Shown: positions 1 to 9,346 of the stretch, in pieces
Layout of the letters: every line of letters begins with the position of its first letter
How positions within the stretch are numbered: position 1 is the first letter of the stretch
From: Andalucia godoyi And28
Lineage: Eukaryota > Protista > Jakobida
Direction of reading: 5' to 3'
Length of the DNA stretch: 64,000 bases
Assembly (NCBI GenBank): GCA_009859145.1
Contig: VRVR01000048.1
Span: 103,763 to 167,762 of the forward strand
Notes under the pieces: generated by a model
What the model was told of the DNA's origin: nothing
The model's database searches: none
What the model saw: only the letters and a program-made list of their open reading frames with translations
Translations under genes and position numbers: made by a program

Positions 1-51
1 CATGTCTATTCGTAGGTATGCAGCATATTCAGTGTGTATCTAATGTAGGCG
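1..51 (+). mobile_element. 3' terminus of a Fanzor2/IS607-like element (subfamily A), cut by window start
   Basis: CATGTCTATTCGTAGGTATGC...TTCAGTG...TAATGTAGGCG closely matches 18416-18459 and the reverse complement of 42475-42520; similarity stops after AGGCG. Confidence 0.85.
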
Positions 52-305
52 AGAGCCGGAGCTGTCGGTCGTACGCATGATTGGTGGTCCAATGATCTCG
101 TGAGACTTGAACCAAGGTGTTCTTTCTGTTCAAGTGTTGGGTTTCTCCGTATTTCATCCTCTGTCTCTTTGTTTCCCTGTTTGGACTTTTGTTATCTGTT
201 TGTTTGTTTTAATTAAAAATCCTCTTTGATTTTATCCATTCTCTCTCTGAGTCTTCGTTTCATCTTCCCCGTTTTGAGATTCGGAATCACATCCACACAT
301 CCGAA

Positions 306-1410
306 ATGAAGTGTTTGCTTCCCCCGACCCTCAGCCCCGGTTTCTACACCTTTCCAAACGCTGAACAAACCACCCCGGATGTGTCGATTCTCGCAGAAAG
401 TCAGTATTTTGCAATTGCTCCCGAATGCGATGTATGTATTTTGTCTTTCTTTTTCCTTCTGTTGATATTTCTGTTGTTGTTGTTTTTTTCTGCGTTGTTT
501 TTGTGACGGCGGCGGCTGGTGTATTTCCAAGTCGAGTTACTTACATTGGTCGCATTTCGTGTGTGCATTTAGCCTGGGAAATTTGTGGATCGGTACATGA
601 CGGAAGTCAAGCCTGAGCATGGAACGACGACACTTGGATTCAAATTCCAAGGAGGAATTCTCATTGCTGTTGATTCAAGAGCGTCGTCTGGCCAGTACAT
701 TGCGTCTGCTACCGTGAAGAAGGTCATTGAAATCAATCCGTTTCTTCTTGGAACCATGGCGGGTGGCGCTGCAGATTGCTCGTTTTGGGAGCGAAATCTC
801 GGAAAAGAATGCAGATTGTATGTTTATATCGCTCTTGCTGCTGTTCTTGCTGGTGCTCTCGTATTGGCTTCTCTTGGGTTGCGAATGCATCACGCCTTTT
901 TTTCCCCCTCGTTTTTGTTTTTATTTTTACTGTTTGCTTTCTAACCGTATTTTCTTGGCTTTGATGATGGACAGGTACGAATTGCGAAACAAGGAGAGGA
1001 TTTCGGTGGCCGCTGCGTCGAAGCTATTGCAGAACATGGTTTACCAGTACCGAGGATATGGTCTGTCGATGGGAACGATGATTGCAGGATGGGACAAGAC
1101 GGGTCCTCAGCTGTTCTATGTCGATAACGACGGAATGAGACTGCACGGCAACATGTTTTCTGTCGGATCTGGGTCGACATATGCATACGGTGTCTTGGAC
1201 GCAGAATACCGATTTGACCTGACCGAGGCACAGGCAATTGATCTTGGCAGACGCGCCATCTTCCATGCAACGCATAGAGACGCATACTCTGGCGGAAAGG
1301 CAATGGTCTATGTGATTCGCGAGAATGGATGGGAGAAGATTAGTCGCACAGACGTTGCAGATCTTGTGTGGAAGTACCTTGAGGACGGGAAGATCCATCT
1401 GGAGATGTGA
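306..1410 (+). CDS. PSMB5: Proteasome subunit beta type-5, 3 exons (about 306-431, 573-817, 975-1410)
   Basis: [10 protein letters not shown] processing site, [33 protein letters not shown]; GTATGT...AG introns at 432-572 and 818-974 join the reading frames. Confidence 0.96.
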
Positions 1411-2057
1411 TCGCCCCTGGTCTGGCGCCTGCTATTTCGTATTCTTCGTCGTCGTTTGAGTTGTGTCATAAAAGGGAAAATATCATTTCTGTGTTTTTCT
1501 ATTCTTCTTTCTTTCTTTTAAGAAGAATGAGTGACGACGACGACAGCAATCCGAAAAATGGCTAGTCCACACACGCACATGCACATGCACATGCACATGC
1601 GTAGACGCTTCCTGAACCATGAACGCCATTATTGTTGGCCTCCGCTCGCCAAGGCATGAATCACTATTGATCATCGGCTAAGCTGTCACCAAAGACAGAC
1701 CCAATTTGGGTCGAACACCGACTTTTTCAATGTAGATTGCTCTGCATCAAAGGGCCATCGCTTCTTCTTGCTCTCCGCCTCCGATGACAGGGAATCAACG
1801 GGTTTCTTGGTTCTCGGTACCTTGGGGCACGGCCGGTTTGAGTTTGTCGGGAAGATCCCTCTTTGGAGCCATGAGATGTTTTGTCTCTGACGAGGAGGTG
1901 CTTGAGGGTTGGATTATTTAATTTAAAAAAACAGAAAATGATAAAGACAAAGAAAAGAAGTGATGAATGAAAGACATTCTGGACTTGACTACGGTAGGGG
2001 AATATCAAGTCCCCCATGAATCAAGTGGATATTGTTTGTTCGATGATGTTCCCAATA

Positions 2058-2160
2058 CGCCTACATTGTACACTAGCCACGGATAATCATCGCTGATCAC
2101 CCATAATCAATGCTGCAACCCAACAACATGCATAGCATGATTGGGAAGGAGGTGGGCCCC
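2058..2160 (-). ncRNA. Candidate omegaRNA scaffold, subfamily B
   Basis: Lies immediately 3' of DRDWNGARN; 103 nt; near-identical to 43052-43154; ends AATGTAGGCG. Confidence 0.7.
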
Positions 2161-2189
2161 AACACGCCCCTCGGCATGAGAGACGTTCC

Positions 2190-2640
2190 TAAGACAGATT
2201 TTTGGACGTTGCGCGCGCCGTTCCAATCGCGGTCGACCGTGCATTTGCATGATGGGCAACAAAGCATACCTTATTTCCGTACAACTGTCGATGCATTTCC
2301 CCGCAGCGGCCGCACGTTTTAGACGTGTACTCCTCCGTCACAAGTCACAATCGACATCTGCCGCCCCGCGAATTCGCACAGTTTTTGCAGAGCAGCCGCT
2401 GTTGGAATTGACAATGGCCCCATGTCAACATGTGCCGCGCAGTTGTCGCCTTGGCGATCTTCAAAGTCAGGGATCCAGCGCAATCACGCGCTTGACAAGC
2501 GGCTGTGGATGCAGAGGAAATGCGCGCAGAGCCGCGTGCGCTGGATGCGCATGGCGTACTGCATGTTTGCCGGAGGCGGCTGCTGCTCTGCGGAGCGCAT
2601 CGTTACGCACGTCTCATGGCACCTCTGCTAGCCACGGATG
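2190..2640 (-). pseudogene. Fanzor2 (TnpB-like) remnant with frameshifts and deletions
   Basis: RuvC-I VIALDP at ~2470-2487, MLTWGH at ~2413-2430, EEYTSKTC at ~2310-2335, RuvC-III DRDWNGARN at ~2208-2235. Confidence 0.9.
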
Positions 2641-2829
2641 TTGCTGCACAGTCTCAGAAGCACTGTTGAGAAGCAGTGCGCGTTCGACGTCTGCGAGGCA
2701 GTGCATGCGATGGGAGCCGGCGTGGATGCTGCGGATCGTTCCGGCGGCGGCCCAGCGCCGGAGGGTGGCGGTGGAGATGCCACGACTCTTGCGCAGCGTT
2801 GCGGGCGTGACGTACATGGTGCGTTGCAT
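2614..2829 (-). pseudogene. tnpA: IS607-family serine recombinase TnpA N-terminal MerR-like HTH, fused by deletion to Fanzor sequence
   Basis: MYVTPATLRKSRGISTATLRRWAAAGTIRSIHAGSHRMHCLADV fits the IS607 TnpA HTH pattern (TLRRW..G.I); the catalytic YARVS segment is absent. Confidence 0.8.
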
Positions 2830-3182
2830 GGACAGTAAAAATAAAAATAAGTAATGAGCGTCGCTGTGCGAGAATGCAACGCCGCGGCGTATGTATATGG
2901 ATTTCATGATCAAAATGGGGCGAAACGAATCGGGCATCGTGTGACGGAGTTGCTTAAGGCAGCAAACGCATGTGCATGGCGCGTAGCAGTGTTTTTATGT
3001 TTTACATGCGCTCTAGATTGCTTCAACATATCGCAATAAGTGGCAGCGGTCCTCCGTTGATTGGCACTTTGGAAGTTCCGTATCATTTTTTTCGTTTCCC
3101 TTTCCATTTCATTTTATTTTCTTCTTCTTTTCTTCTGGGCGTTTGTGTGTGTGTGTGTCTTTGCCTGTGAGTGAGTGAGTGA

Positions 3183-3186
<4 letters not shown>

Positions 3187-3244
<58 letters not shown>
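3187..3244 (+). repeat. (GT)n(GA)n microsatellite directly upstream of an ATG
   Basis: Direct read of sequence. Confidence 0.95.
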
Positions 3245-5869
3245 ATGGATTCTCCAAACGTTGAAAACGCGAACTCTCCAAGGAAATCGAATCGCACTGC
3301 ACAGCGAATATCGTTTATGCCAGGAGATGTGGCTTCGCAGCTGCGAATCCGGAGTGATTCCACGGAAAATGACATTTCAGAGACGGACTCTGTCGATTGG
3401 TCCGAGGAAGAAGAGGCAGAGGCAGAGGCAGAGGCAGAGGCAGCATCCCAGCCTTCTGTGGAGAGTTCTCAGGAGTTTCGTATGCCAAGTGACGACTCTG
3501 GCGAAGTCGGTGAATCTCTCGCAGGTGAGAGCGAATTTGAGAGAGATCCAAGCGAAGTAGACCCAAATCCAATTTTGGTTGGGGGTGTGGAGGCGGATCG
3601 TGACGACGCAGAAGAAGTGGCTGCGAGGCTCCGCTTTGCCCTCCGCACGCTGTCCTTGCCGCTTGCACAGGATGCATCGCATGCAGTGACGGGCTCTGAG
3701 ACCAGCTTTCTTAAGATCGGATCTCGGTCACACTCGCTCACCGGAGCAGAAATGCGGCGAAGTCGTTATCCGGACGAAGAGGACTCTCTCCGTATGCAAG
3801 TCCCAAAAGATGCGGTTGCTCCTTCGTCCCATAGCCTTGGAATCTGCAGCAGTAATGGTAGCAGTAGCAGTAGTAGCAGTAGCAGTAGTGGTGAGGGTAG
3901 TGACAGCAGTACTACCCCCAGTAATCGCAACAGCAGCGGTAATGGCGTAGGTGATGGTGTGGGTGGTGATTGTGAAGGTTGCAGTAGTTGTCCACAGCAC
4001 TCGGCAGATGAACAATCTCATCCATCGTCGGCGGGATCAATGTTTGAGGATGCTCAGGACGTAGATGTTTCGGGCGTTACTGTGGACATTGCAGCGTTCA
4101 CGCAAACATTGGAACAGTCCATTCGAAAGGCGAAGCGACGAGATTCGGTAGGCTCTGTAGGAACAGCTACTGGTGATGAATTCGTCGAGTGTGTGCTGGA
4201 CTTTGACGAGGTTGAAAGATCTCGGATCCAGGCGTTGACATCCCCGTTGCCGTCCAGCGACGGTCGAAAGCGAATGTCGGCCTCCGAAGGCTCCGACAGT
4301 CGGCAGAATCCTGTGTCAGCTCTGCCCAGACCGGCGTTTGCGCATGCAGTCTCCCCAAGAGAAGCAACATTCGGTGATTTAGGCATTGAAGAATACGTCG
4401 TCGCTCAACAAGTGGATGCTCAGCCCGTTCGACGGCTCACAATGGGGCAGATTCCTGATTCCATCTTTGAACTGGCAGAGCACTCGGAAGAAGAATCGGA
4501 TGTTGTACGCCAAAAGAAGAAGAAGCGTTTCCGAGACGACTGGGCACTGGTATTGGGCACAAACACTCGTGTTATATATTTCGTTGACGGAAACGGCGAC
4601 TCGGTTCCTATTCATGTTGTGGAAGACGATGAAAATGCCAACCCCGTTTGTCCTAATCCCGTCGCACTGGCCTTTTCTTGTGTTGCGGGCTCCTTTTTTG
4701 GTCTTATGGGCATGCTTTGTTTCTTGGGTGTTTCCGTTGCTCAGCTGCCGGAATATTGGTCGTCCTTTGCAATCATACCCAAACCGGCCACGTTTTCCAT
4801 CAAATATGAAGCCCTGATCCGCGTCCTTTTGTTGTTTCCGGTGTACTTTCTGCTGTGTCACGTGCCTGGGTGCGCTCTTTATGGCCTGCTGCATGGATTT
4901 TACATTGGCTCTGTGGTTTGCTATGATCGTCGAACAAAATTGGATTTTCTGGGGGTATCCTCTCTCCCTGAGACCTACCGCGTGTTTTCTGCAATGCTCT
5001 CGCAGAGATGGGAGTTGAAGGAAGACATTCTTGTGTTTTTCAAAAAGCATGCATTTTTCCCTTTTAAGAAGGATGCCTTCTGCATGTGGATGTTCCCATG
5101 CTATCCCCGGGAAACAACATCCACAGAGATGGCTCTGTGGTGGGCTGCCCGGACGCATCTACTGGATGATGGTGCCGATCCGGCGACGCTGCTGTGTTGC
5201 GGTCACTCCTACTGTGGTAATATTCGTGCTGTCGACGCGTACGGACTCGAGCTTACGCAGCACGGCTCTGTTGTTGTCCAATCGCCATCCCTTATGAGCG
5301 TGTCCGGTGACGCTTCCGCGTTGACGATGGGGCCTGCTGCAATTCCTCGCTCGGCATTCCATAGAAATAGCGTGCTAGAACACCAGCCACCCTCTGTTTC
5401 AGGTATGTCTGCGAACGAGCTTCCTCCGCAACGTGAGCCTACCATGCATCATACAGAGAGCCAGAGCACGATTGATGGGCCCCGTGGCGATTCTGCATCT
5501 CCTTCCATGCTTGATCTGCGGCCATCTGCAATGACGCAGCCTCTGGATAACGTGATTCCTTGTTGGTGTTGTATGTTTGCTGTCGCCGAGGATGAGATGG
5601 GCGAAGATGATTTTGATCGGTATTCCGGGGGCAGTGTGACATCTGATATCTTGGACCATCCTGAACTGCATCATCATGACGAGTCCATCGCCCAAGTGGT
5701 AGTCACGAATGAGGACGGTATCTCGCCTCCGGTTACTCCCCGGAACCACTCTACTGCACCGACAGACTCAGCGTCCGTGGTTGTTCCCATTCCGACGATT
5801 GTCCTCACTGAAGCTTCTCCTGAAGTACCCAGGGCTTCTGTTGATGCTGCTGCCGCGAACAATGTATAG
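3245..5869 (+). CDS. Hypothetical membrane protein with long acidic/Ser-rich disordered N-terminus
   Basis: Long open frame; first ATG after the microsatellite (MDSPNVEN); 2-3 hydrophobic segments around 4660-4920. Confidence 0.75.
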   Translation: MDSPNVENANSPRKSNRTAQRISFMPGDVASQLRIRSDSTENDISETDSVDWSEEEEAEAEAEAEAASQPSVESSQEFRMPSDDSGEVGESLAGESEFERDPSEVDPNPILVGGVEADRDDAEEVAARLRFALRTLSLPLAQDASHAVTGSETSFLKIGSRSHSLTGAEMRRSRYPDEEDSLRMQVPKDAVAPSSHSLGICSSNGSSSSSSSSSSGEGSDSSTTPSNRNSSGNGVGDGVGGDCEGCSSCPQHSADEQSHPSSAGSMFEDAQDVDVSGVTVDIAAFTQTLEQSIRKAKRRDSVGSVGTATGDEFVECVLDFDEVERSRIQALTSPLPSSDGRKRMSASEGSDSRQNPVSALPRPAFAHAVSPREATFGDLGIEEYVVAQQVDAQPVRRLTMGQIPDSIFELAEHSEEESDVVRQKKKKRFRDDWALVLGTNTRVIYFVDGNGDSVPIHVVEDDENANPVCPNPVALAFSCVAGSFFGLMGMLCFLGVSVAQLPEYWSSFAIIPKPATFSIKYEALIRVLLLFPVYFLLCHVPGCALYGLLHGFYIGSVVCYDRRTKLDFLGVSSLPETYRVFSAMLSQRWELKEDILVFFKKHAFFPFKKDAFCMWMFPCYPRETTSTEMALWWAARTHLLDDGADPATLLCCGHSYCGNIRAVDAYGLELTQHGSVVVQSPSLMSVSGDASALTMGPAAIPRSAFHRNSVLEHQPPSVSGMSANELPPQREPTMHHTESQSTIDGPRGDSASPSMLDLRPSAMTQPLDNVIPCWCCMFAVAEDEMGEDDFDRYSGGSVTSDILDHPELHHHDESIAQVVVTNEDGISPPVTPRNHSTAPTDSASVVVPIPTIVLTEASPEVPRASVDAAAANNV

Positions 5870-6024
5870 TTTGAATTTTATGGTTATATGCTTTCCCTTC
5901 TCCGCAATTCGTAATCGTATTTTATTTTCTTGTTCATCTTGTTTGCTTTTGGTTTGTTTGTTGTTGTTGCTTTTGTTTTTTTTAATGTAAATGCTATTGT
6001 TTGGAATTTGCTTGTACAGTGTTT

Positions 6025-7836
6025 TCAAAAACCACTGTCTTCGCCGTCCACTTCATCGTCGTCGATATCCCAAGTAGCAATCGCCCCATCGTCGGAATTG
6101 TGAAGAGACACACTTTCCAAGATCTTTGATTCCAGCAACTGCGACAGTCCGGAGAGCTGCTCAATCTTTGCAGGGCTCTTGATCATTTCACAAACCCAGC
6201 TGCTCCCGAGGTTCCTGTAGGCATCAAGCATACTGGAGGAGCATGCTACGCAATACGGAGACTGACAAGACTTCATGACATCTTGGGTGTAACCGTCGAG
6301 AGATCCACGAATTTGCGTTGGAACTTCCAATTCACTGCCTCCTGCGTTGCCGAGTGCAAGTGCATCCACTGCTAGTTCGACCGCCAGAGACGACGCAAAA
6401 AGCGATGCACCAGGGCGCGTTACAGTGCACTGCTGGTCGATCGTGCGGCGCGTCATCGAGTCTCGCGGCGCCACAATATCCGAGCAGAAATAACACCCAA
6501 ATTGCGGAGTGTGGCGCATAACCATAAAGGCGTCGAATCCTAGCGCAGCATTGATGAGAGGGACGTTGTGAGAGGAAGCGATGAGGGTAGGAAGCCACCT
6601 GGCTTCCCGGGAGTCCGTCAAAAGGAACACGGCATCCGACACTCTAATTAAGCCGTCCAACTCAATGACTGCTGCGGGATCTGCCGTCAAATCGTGTCCA
6701 GGCATTGGAATCGACAAGGAGCGGTGCTGCACATTCTTACCGGCGTCTGGATGGATCTTTCCTAAAGCTTCTGCCGCTGCTGCTGCTTTCGGACGGCCAA
6801 CGTCAGCAAGACTGTACAACGATTGTCGAACTGGATTGGAAAACGACACTTGGCCATAATCGATAAGCGTCAGATTGGTAATGCCCCACGCAAGACACTG
6901 TCGAGCAACATGACAGCCAAGAGTCCCAACTCCCAAAATGAGAACTTTCAAGTTTGCGAGGCGATCCAGGTCCAAAGACGGAAGAGCTCTCCATTTCATC
7001 AAGCGAAGGTTCAATGCGCAGGCGGAAGATGCTACCAGCGCAGGATTAAGAGACGAGGACACGTCGACAGTGCGGACGTCCACCTTGCCCCCCAGGGAGA
7101 ACGAATCCGCCTGTTTGGAATCAGATGGAATGGAAAGGACGTCCATGACGAGAAAAAACGACTCCTCCACAGTCTTGCGAGCACACAACACCGTCACCTT
7201 CTTCACATTCGATCCGCGAAGAAACGTCGACAAGATTCCCCTCAAAGGCCAACCAGGGAACTGTGCGTGATTGGATGGGTCAATGAACATCAATACCTGA
7301 GACAAGTCCGGGTCCTCGCTGTCAACTGCCACAAGAGTGTGTCCAAACTCGTGCAAATTTGCAGAAACACGAACGAGTTCTTCGAACGCCGCACCAGACA
7401 TCACACTCTGGCATGCGATTGTTTTGGTAATTCGGACGTCTGGTACGGCAAGCGGAGCAGGGACCGTAGCAACAAAATGAAACGTGTGTTTCTTCAAGTC
7501 GGCGTATGCAAAGATAACCGGTGAACGTCCCAGGGATTCAGCAGGCAGCAGACATGCCAGTTTTGTCAGCTCAAATTCGCAGTTGCTTTCTTGGAACTCC
7601 GGAAGTGAGTTCTTGAGAATGATCAAGCCGCTCGAGTGCACGGAAAAGGGATCGTTCGTGTCCGAGGCCGCGTTTTCCGAGACTGTCATTCTGCAGTTTG
7701 ACGACGCAGAATAGTGCGCATAAATAGGCTTTGCATCATCTTCGAGCCTCCACTCGTTCAACTTCAGTTCTGAAATTCGAATCCAGAATGAGGGAGGGAA
7801 AACCACACGAAAGGGATCGTAGGCGAGCTTCGTCAT
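6025..7836 (-). CDS. ATG7: Ubiquitin-like modifier-activating enzyme ATG7
   Basis: NLRLMKWRALP, GVGTLGC, VSFSNPVRQSL, FLLTDSREARWLPT, GCYFCSD, DQQCTVTRPG catalytic Cys. Confidence 0.96.
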   Translation of the reverse strand: MTKLAYDPFRVVFPPSFWIRISELKLNEWRLEDDAKPIYAHYSASSNCRMTVSENAASDTNDPFSVHSSGLIILKNSLPEFQESNCEFELTKLACLLPAESLGRSPVIFAYADLKKHTFHFVATVPAPLAVPDVRITKTIACQSVMSGAAFEELVRVSANLHEFGHTLVAVDSEDPDLSQVLMFIDPSNHAQFPGWPLRGILSTFLRGSNVKKVTVLCARKTVEESFFLVMDVLSIPSDSKQADSFSLGGKVDVRTVDVSSSLNPALVASSACALNLRLMKWRALPSLDLDRLANLKVLILGVGTLGCHVARQCLAWGITNLTLIDYGQVSFSNPVRQSLYSLADVGRPKAAAAAEALGKIHPDAGKNVQHRSLSIPMPGHDLTADPAAVIELDGLIRVSDAVFLLTDSREARWLPTLIASSHNVPLINAALGFDAFMVMRHTPQFGCYFCSDIVAPRDSMTRRTIDQQCTVTRPGASLFASSLAVELAVDALALGNAGGSELEVPTQIRGSLDGYTQDVMKSCQSPYCVACSSSMLDAYRNLGSSWVCEMIKSPAKIEQLSGLSQLLESKILESVSLHNSDDGAIATWDIDDDEVDGEDSGF

Positions 7837-8282
7837 TTCCAGAGTACGTTATTACCGTCCAAGGAACACACACCACGCACGAAACGGACACATACAACAG
7901 ATAGCAAGCGAGAGAAAGTGACAAAAAAAAGAAGAAAAACTAAGAAAAACAAAGGGCAGTTGTCAATGTCACAGAAAGGGCAACAAGCTGCACACGTACA
8001 CCAGACGCGGTTGTGCTTGTTTATATAGCGTCTTTGCAGGGCTTTTTAAGTCAATGCGACTTTTCGCAGACTTGCCATACACGCATGGGGGACACCGGTA
8101 CGATGCTTCGTCACTTGCGGCCCGGCTACCTCTCGACTGCATGCAGCAGTTCGCTAGGTGCGCTGTACGCGGTGGTGTCGGAATCCCTTGTGGCGATGCT
8201 CAGCAGTGTTTGTTTTTTGTTTTTTTTGTTTTTTCGTTTTTGTTTTGTTTTGTTGCTCTCCCTATGGAAGTTTTTTATTTCT

Positions 8283-8390
8283 CGCCTGTGATACACCGCA
8301 TCAATACGAATTGGTTCTAATTGGCTCTAATGTTGCAATGTTGCATGACAATCGATCCCACGAATCAATCGTCTAGGGGGCAAGGCCCCC
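8283..8390 (-). ncRNA. Candidate omegaRNA scaffold, subfamily C
   Basis: 108 nt from the 5-bp G/C hairpin to the AGGCG terminus; shares CAACATT with subfamilies B and D. Confidence 0.6.
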
Positions 8391-8670
8391 AGCACACACA
8401 AGCGTAAGAGCACCGTGTTCTTCAAGTAGATGTTGCGCGCGATCCATTCCAGTCTCGATCCATCACCGATGCACACGTTGGACATTGAAACACCGTGCGT
8501 CCTCCCAGTTTCTGAGGGATGTTCCCCACGCACCCCACATGTCTTGAACGTGTACACTTCCGTCACAATGACAACAGCGGTTCCATACTCACTTGCCTTG
8601 TGCAGTAGTCTCTGGGGCGGAATCGGAAGTGGTCCCACGTCAGCATCTGGCGTGCAGTTTCGAACATGTC
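8283..8670 (-). mobile_element. Fanzor2 C-terminal remnant with omegaRNA end (subfamily C)
   Basis: Across frameshifts: TARQMLTWDHFRF, RLLHKASEYGTAVVIVTEVYTFKTCG, FQCPTCASVMDRDWNG, RNIYLKN, then GGGGGCCTTGCCCCC hairpin and terminal CAGGCG. Confidence 0.9.
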
Positions 8671-8891
8671 TCCAAGAGGAAGAGAGGAAAGATTTCGTTT
8701 TTATTTATTTAGTTCTAACCACCACATGGAGAAATCCCCTACGTTTTTGGTTTCAAACATTTGTCAAGACGATGAAAACGAAATAAAGCACGATAATCAA
8801 AGTCGACAACGGTGCGCAGGGAGGAAGCGTTCTGTGGAGAGAGCATGCTAGCGGCACTGGTGCGAACTGCGATCATCCTGCCCCTGCTTCC

Positions 8892-9164
8892 TCAAACCTT
8901 TGGGTCGTCGTGGAAGACTCGCGGACTCCAGTTTCGAATGTCCGCTCTGTGCCATTTTGCTTCATCCGCGGATTTGATGTTCAACATTGGAAATGGATTC
9001 GTCTTGTGGAACTCGGGATGCACATCCCACCCGTGAAATAGCTTATGGTATCCTATTGTCAACCCGGCAACGTGAGCCACTCCGACCATGAATACGAGAG
9101 GCAGAATTTCGGGTGTGTCATGCACGTTCTTGTAAACCCGCTTTCCCAGATTTCCTAGCAACAT
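8892..9164 (-). CDS. Small single-TM mitochondrial protein, NDUFA4/B12D-like
   Basis: 90 aa with PEILPLVFMVGVAHVAGLTIGY TM segment followed by DV, the B12D family pattern. Confidence 0.6.
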   Translation of the reverse strand: MLLGNLGKRVYKNVHDTPEILPLVFMVGVAHVAGLTIGYHKLFHGWDVHPEFHKTNPFPMLNIKSADEAKWHRADIRNWSPRVFHDDPKV

Positions 9165-9346
9165 AGTGTGGGTTCGAATGCTGTTCTTCTTTATGATTAC
9201 TTACGACTTTATTTGTTTTCTTGTGAACACAACGCACGCGACTCAGACTCAAAGAACACCGTCTCTCGGTTGGAGCCACGCTCAGCATGCGTATTGTGAT
9301 ATCCCTCTTTTTTTTCGACTTCGAGTACGACTTCTAGCGAAGAACG

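Larger units (their letters stand above)
2058..2870 (-). mobile_element. Internally deleted IS607-type element (TnpA fragment + Fanzor2 fragments + omegaRNA end), subfamily B
   Basis: Ordered minus-strand motifs: MerR-like HTH, WLAEVP*DVRNDALR, KRVIALDP, TARHMLTWGHCQFQQRLL, EEYTSKTCGRCG, CPSCKCTVDRDWNGARN, then a 3' end nearly identical to 43018-43154. Left boundary is approximate. Confidence 0.9.

Noticed and set aside
8740-8780. MFETKNV on the minus strand resembling the Fanzor2 LP.FET motif
   Set aside because: It lies in the AT-rich 3' region of the NDUFA4-like gene, separated from the remnant by low-complexity sequence; likely chance
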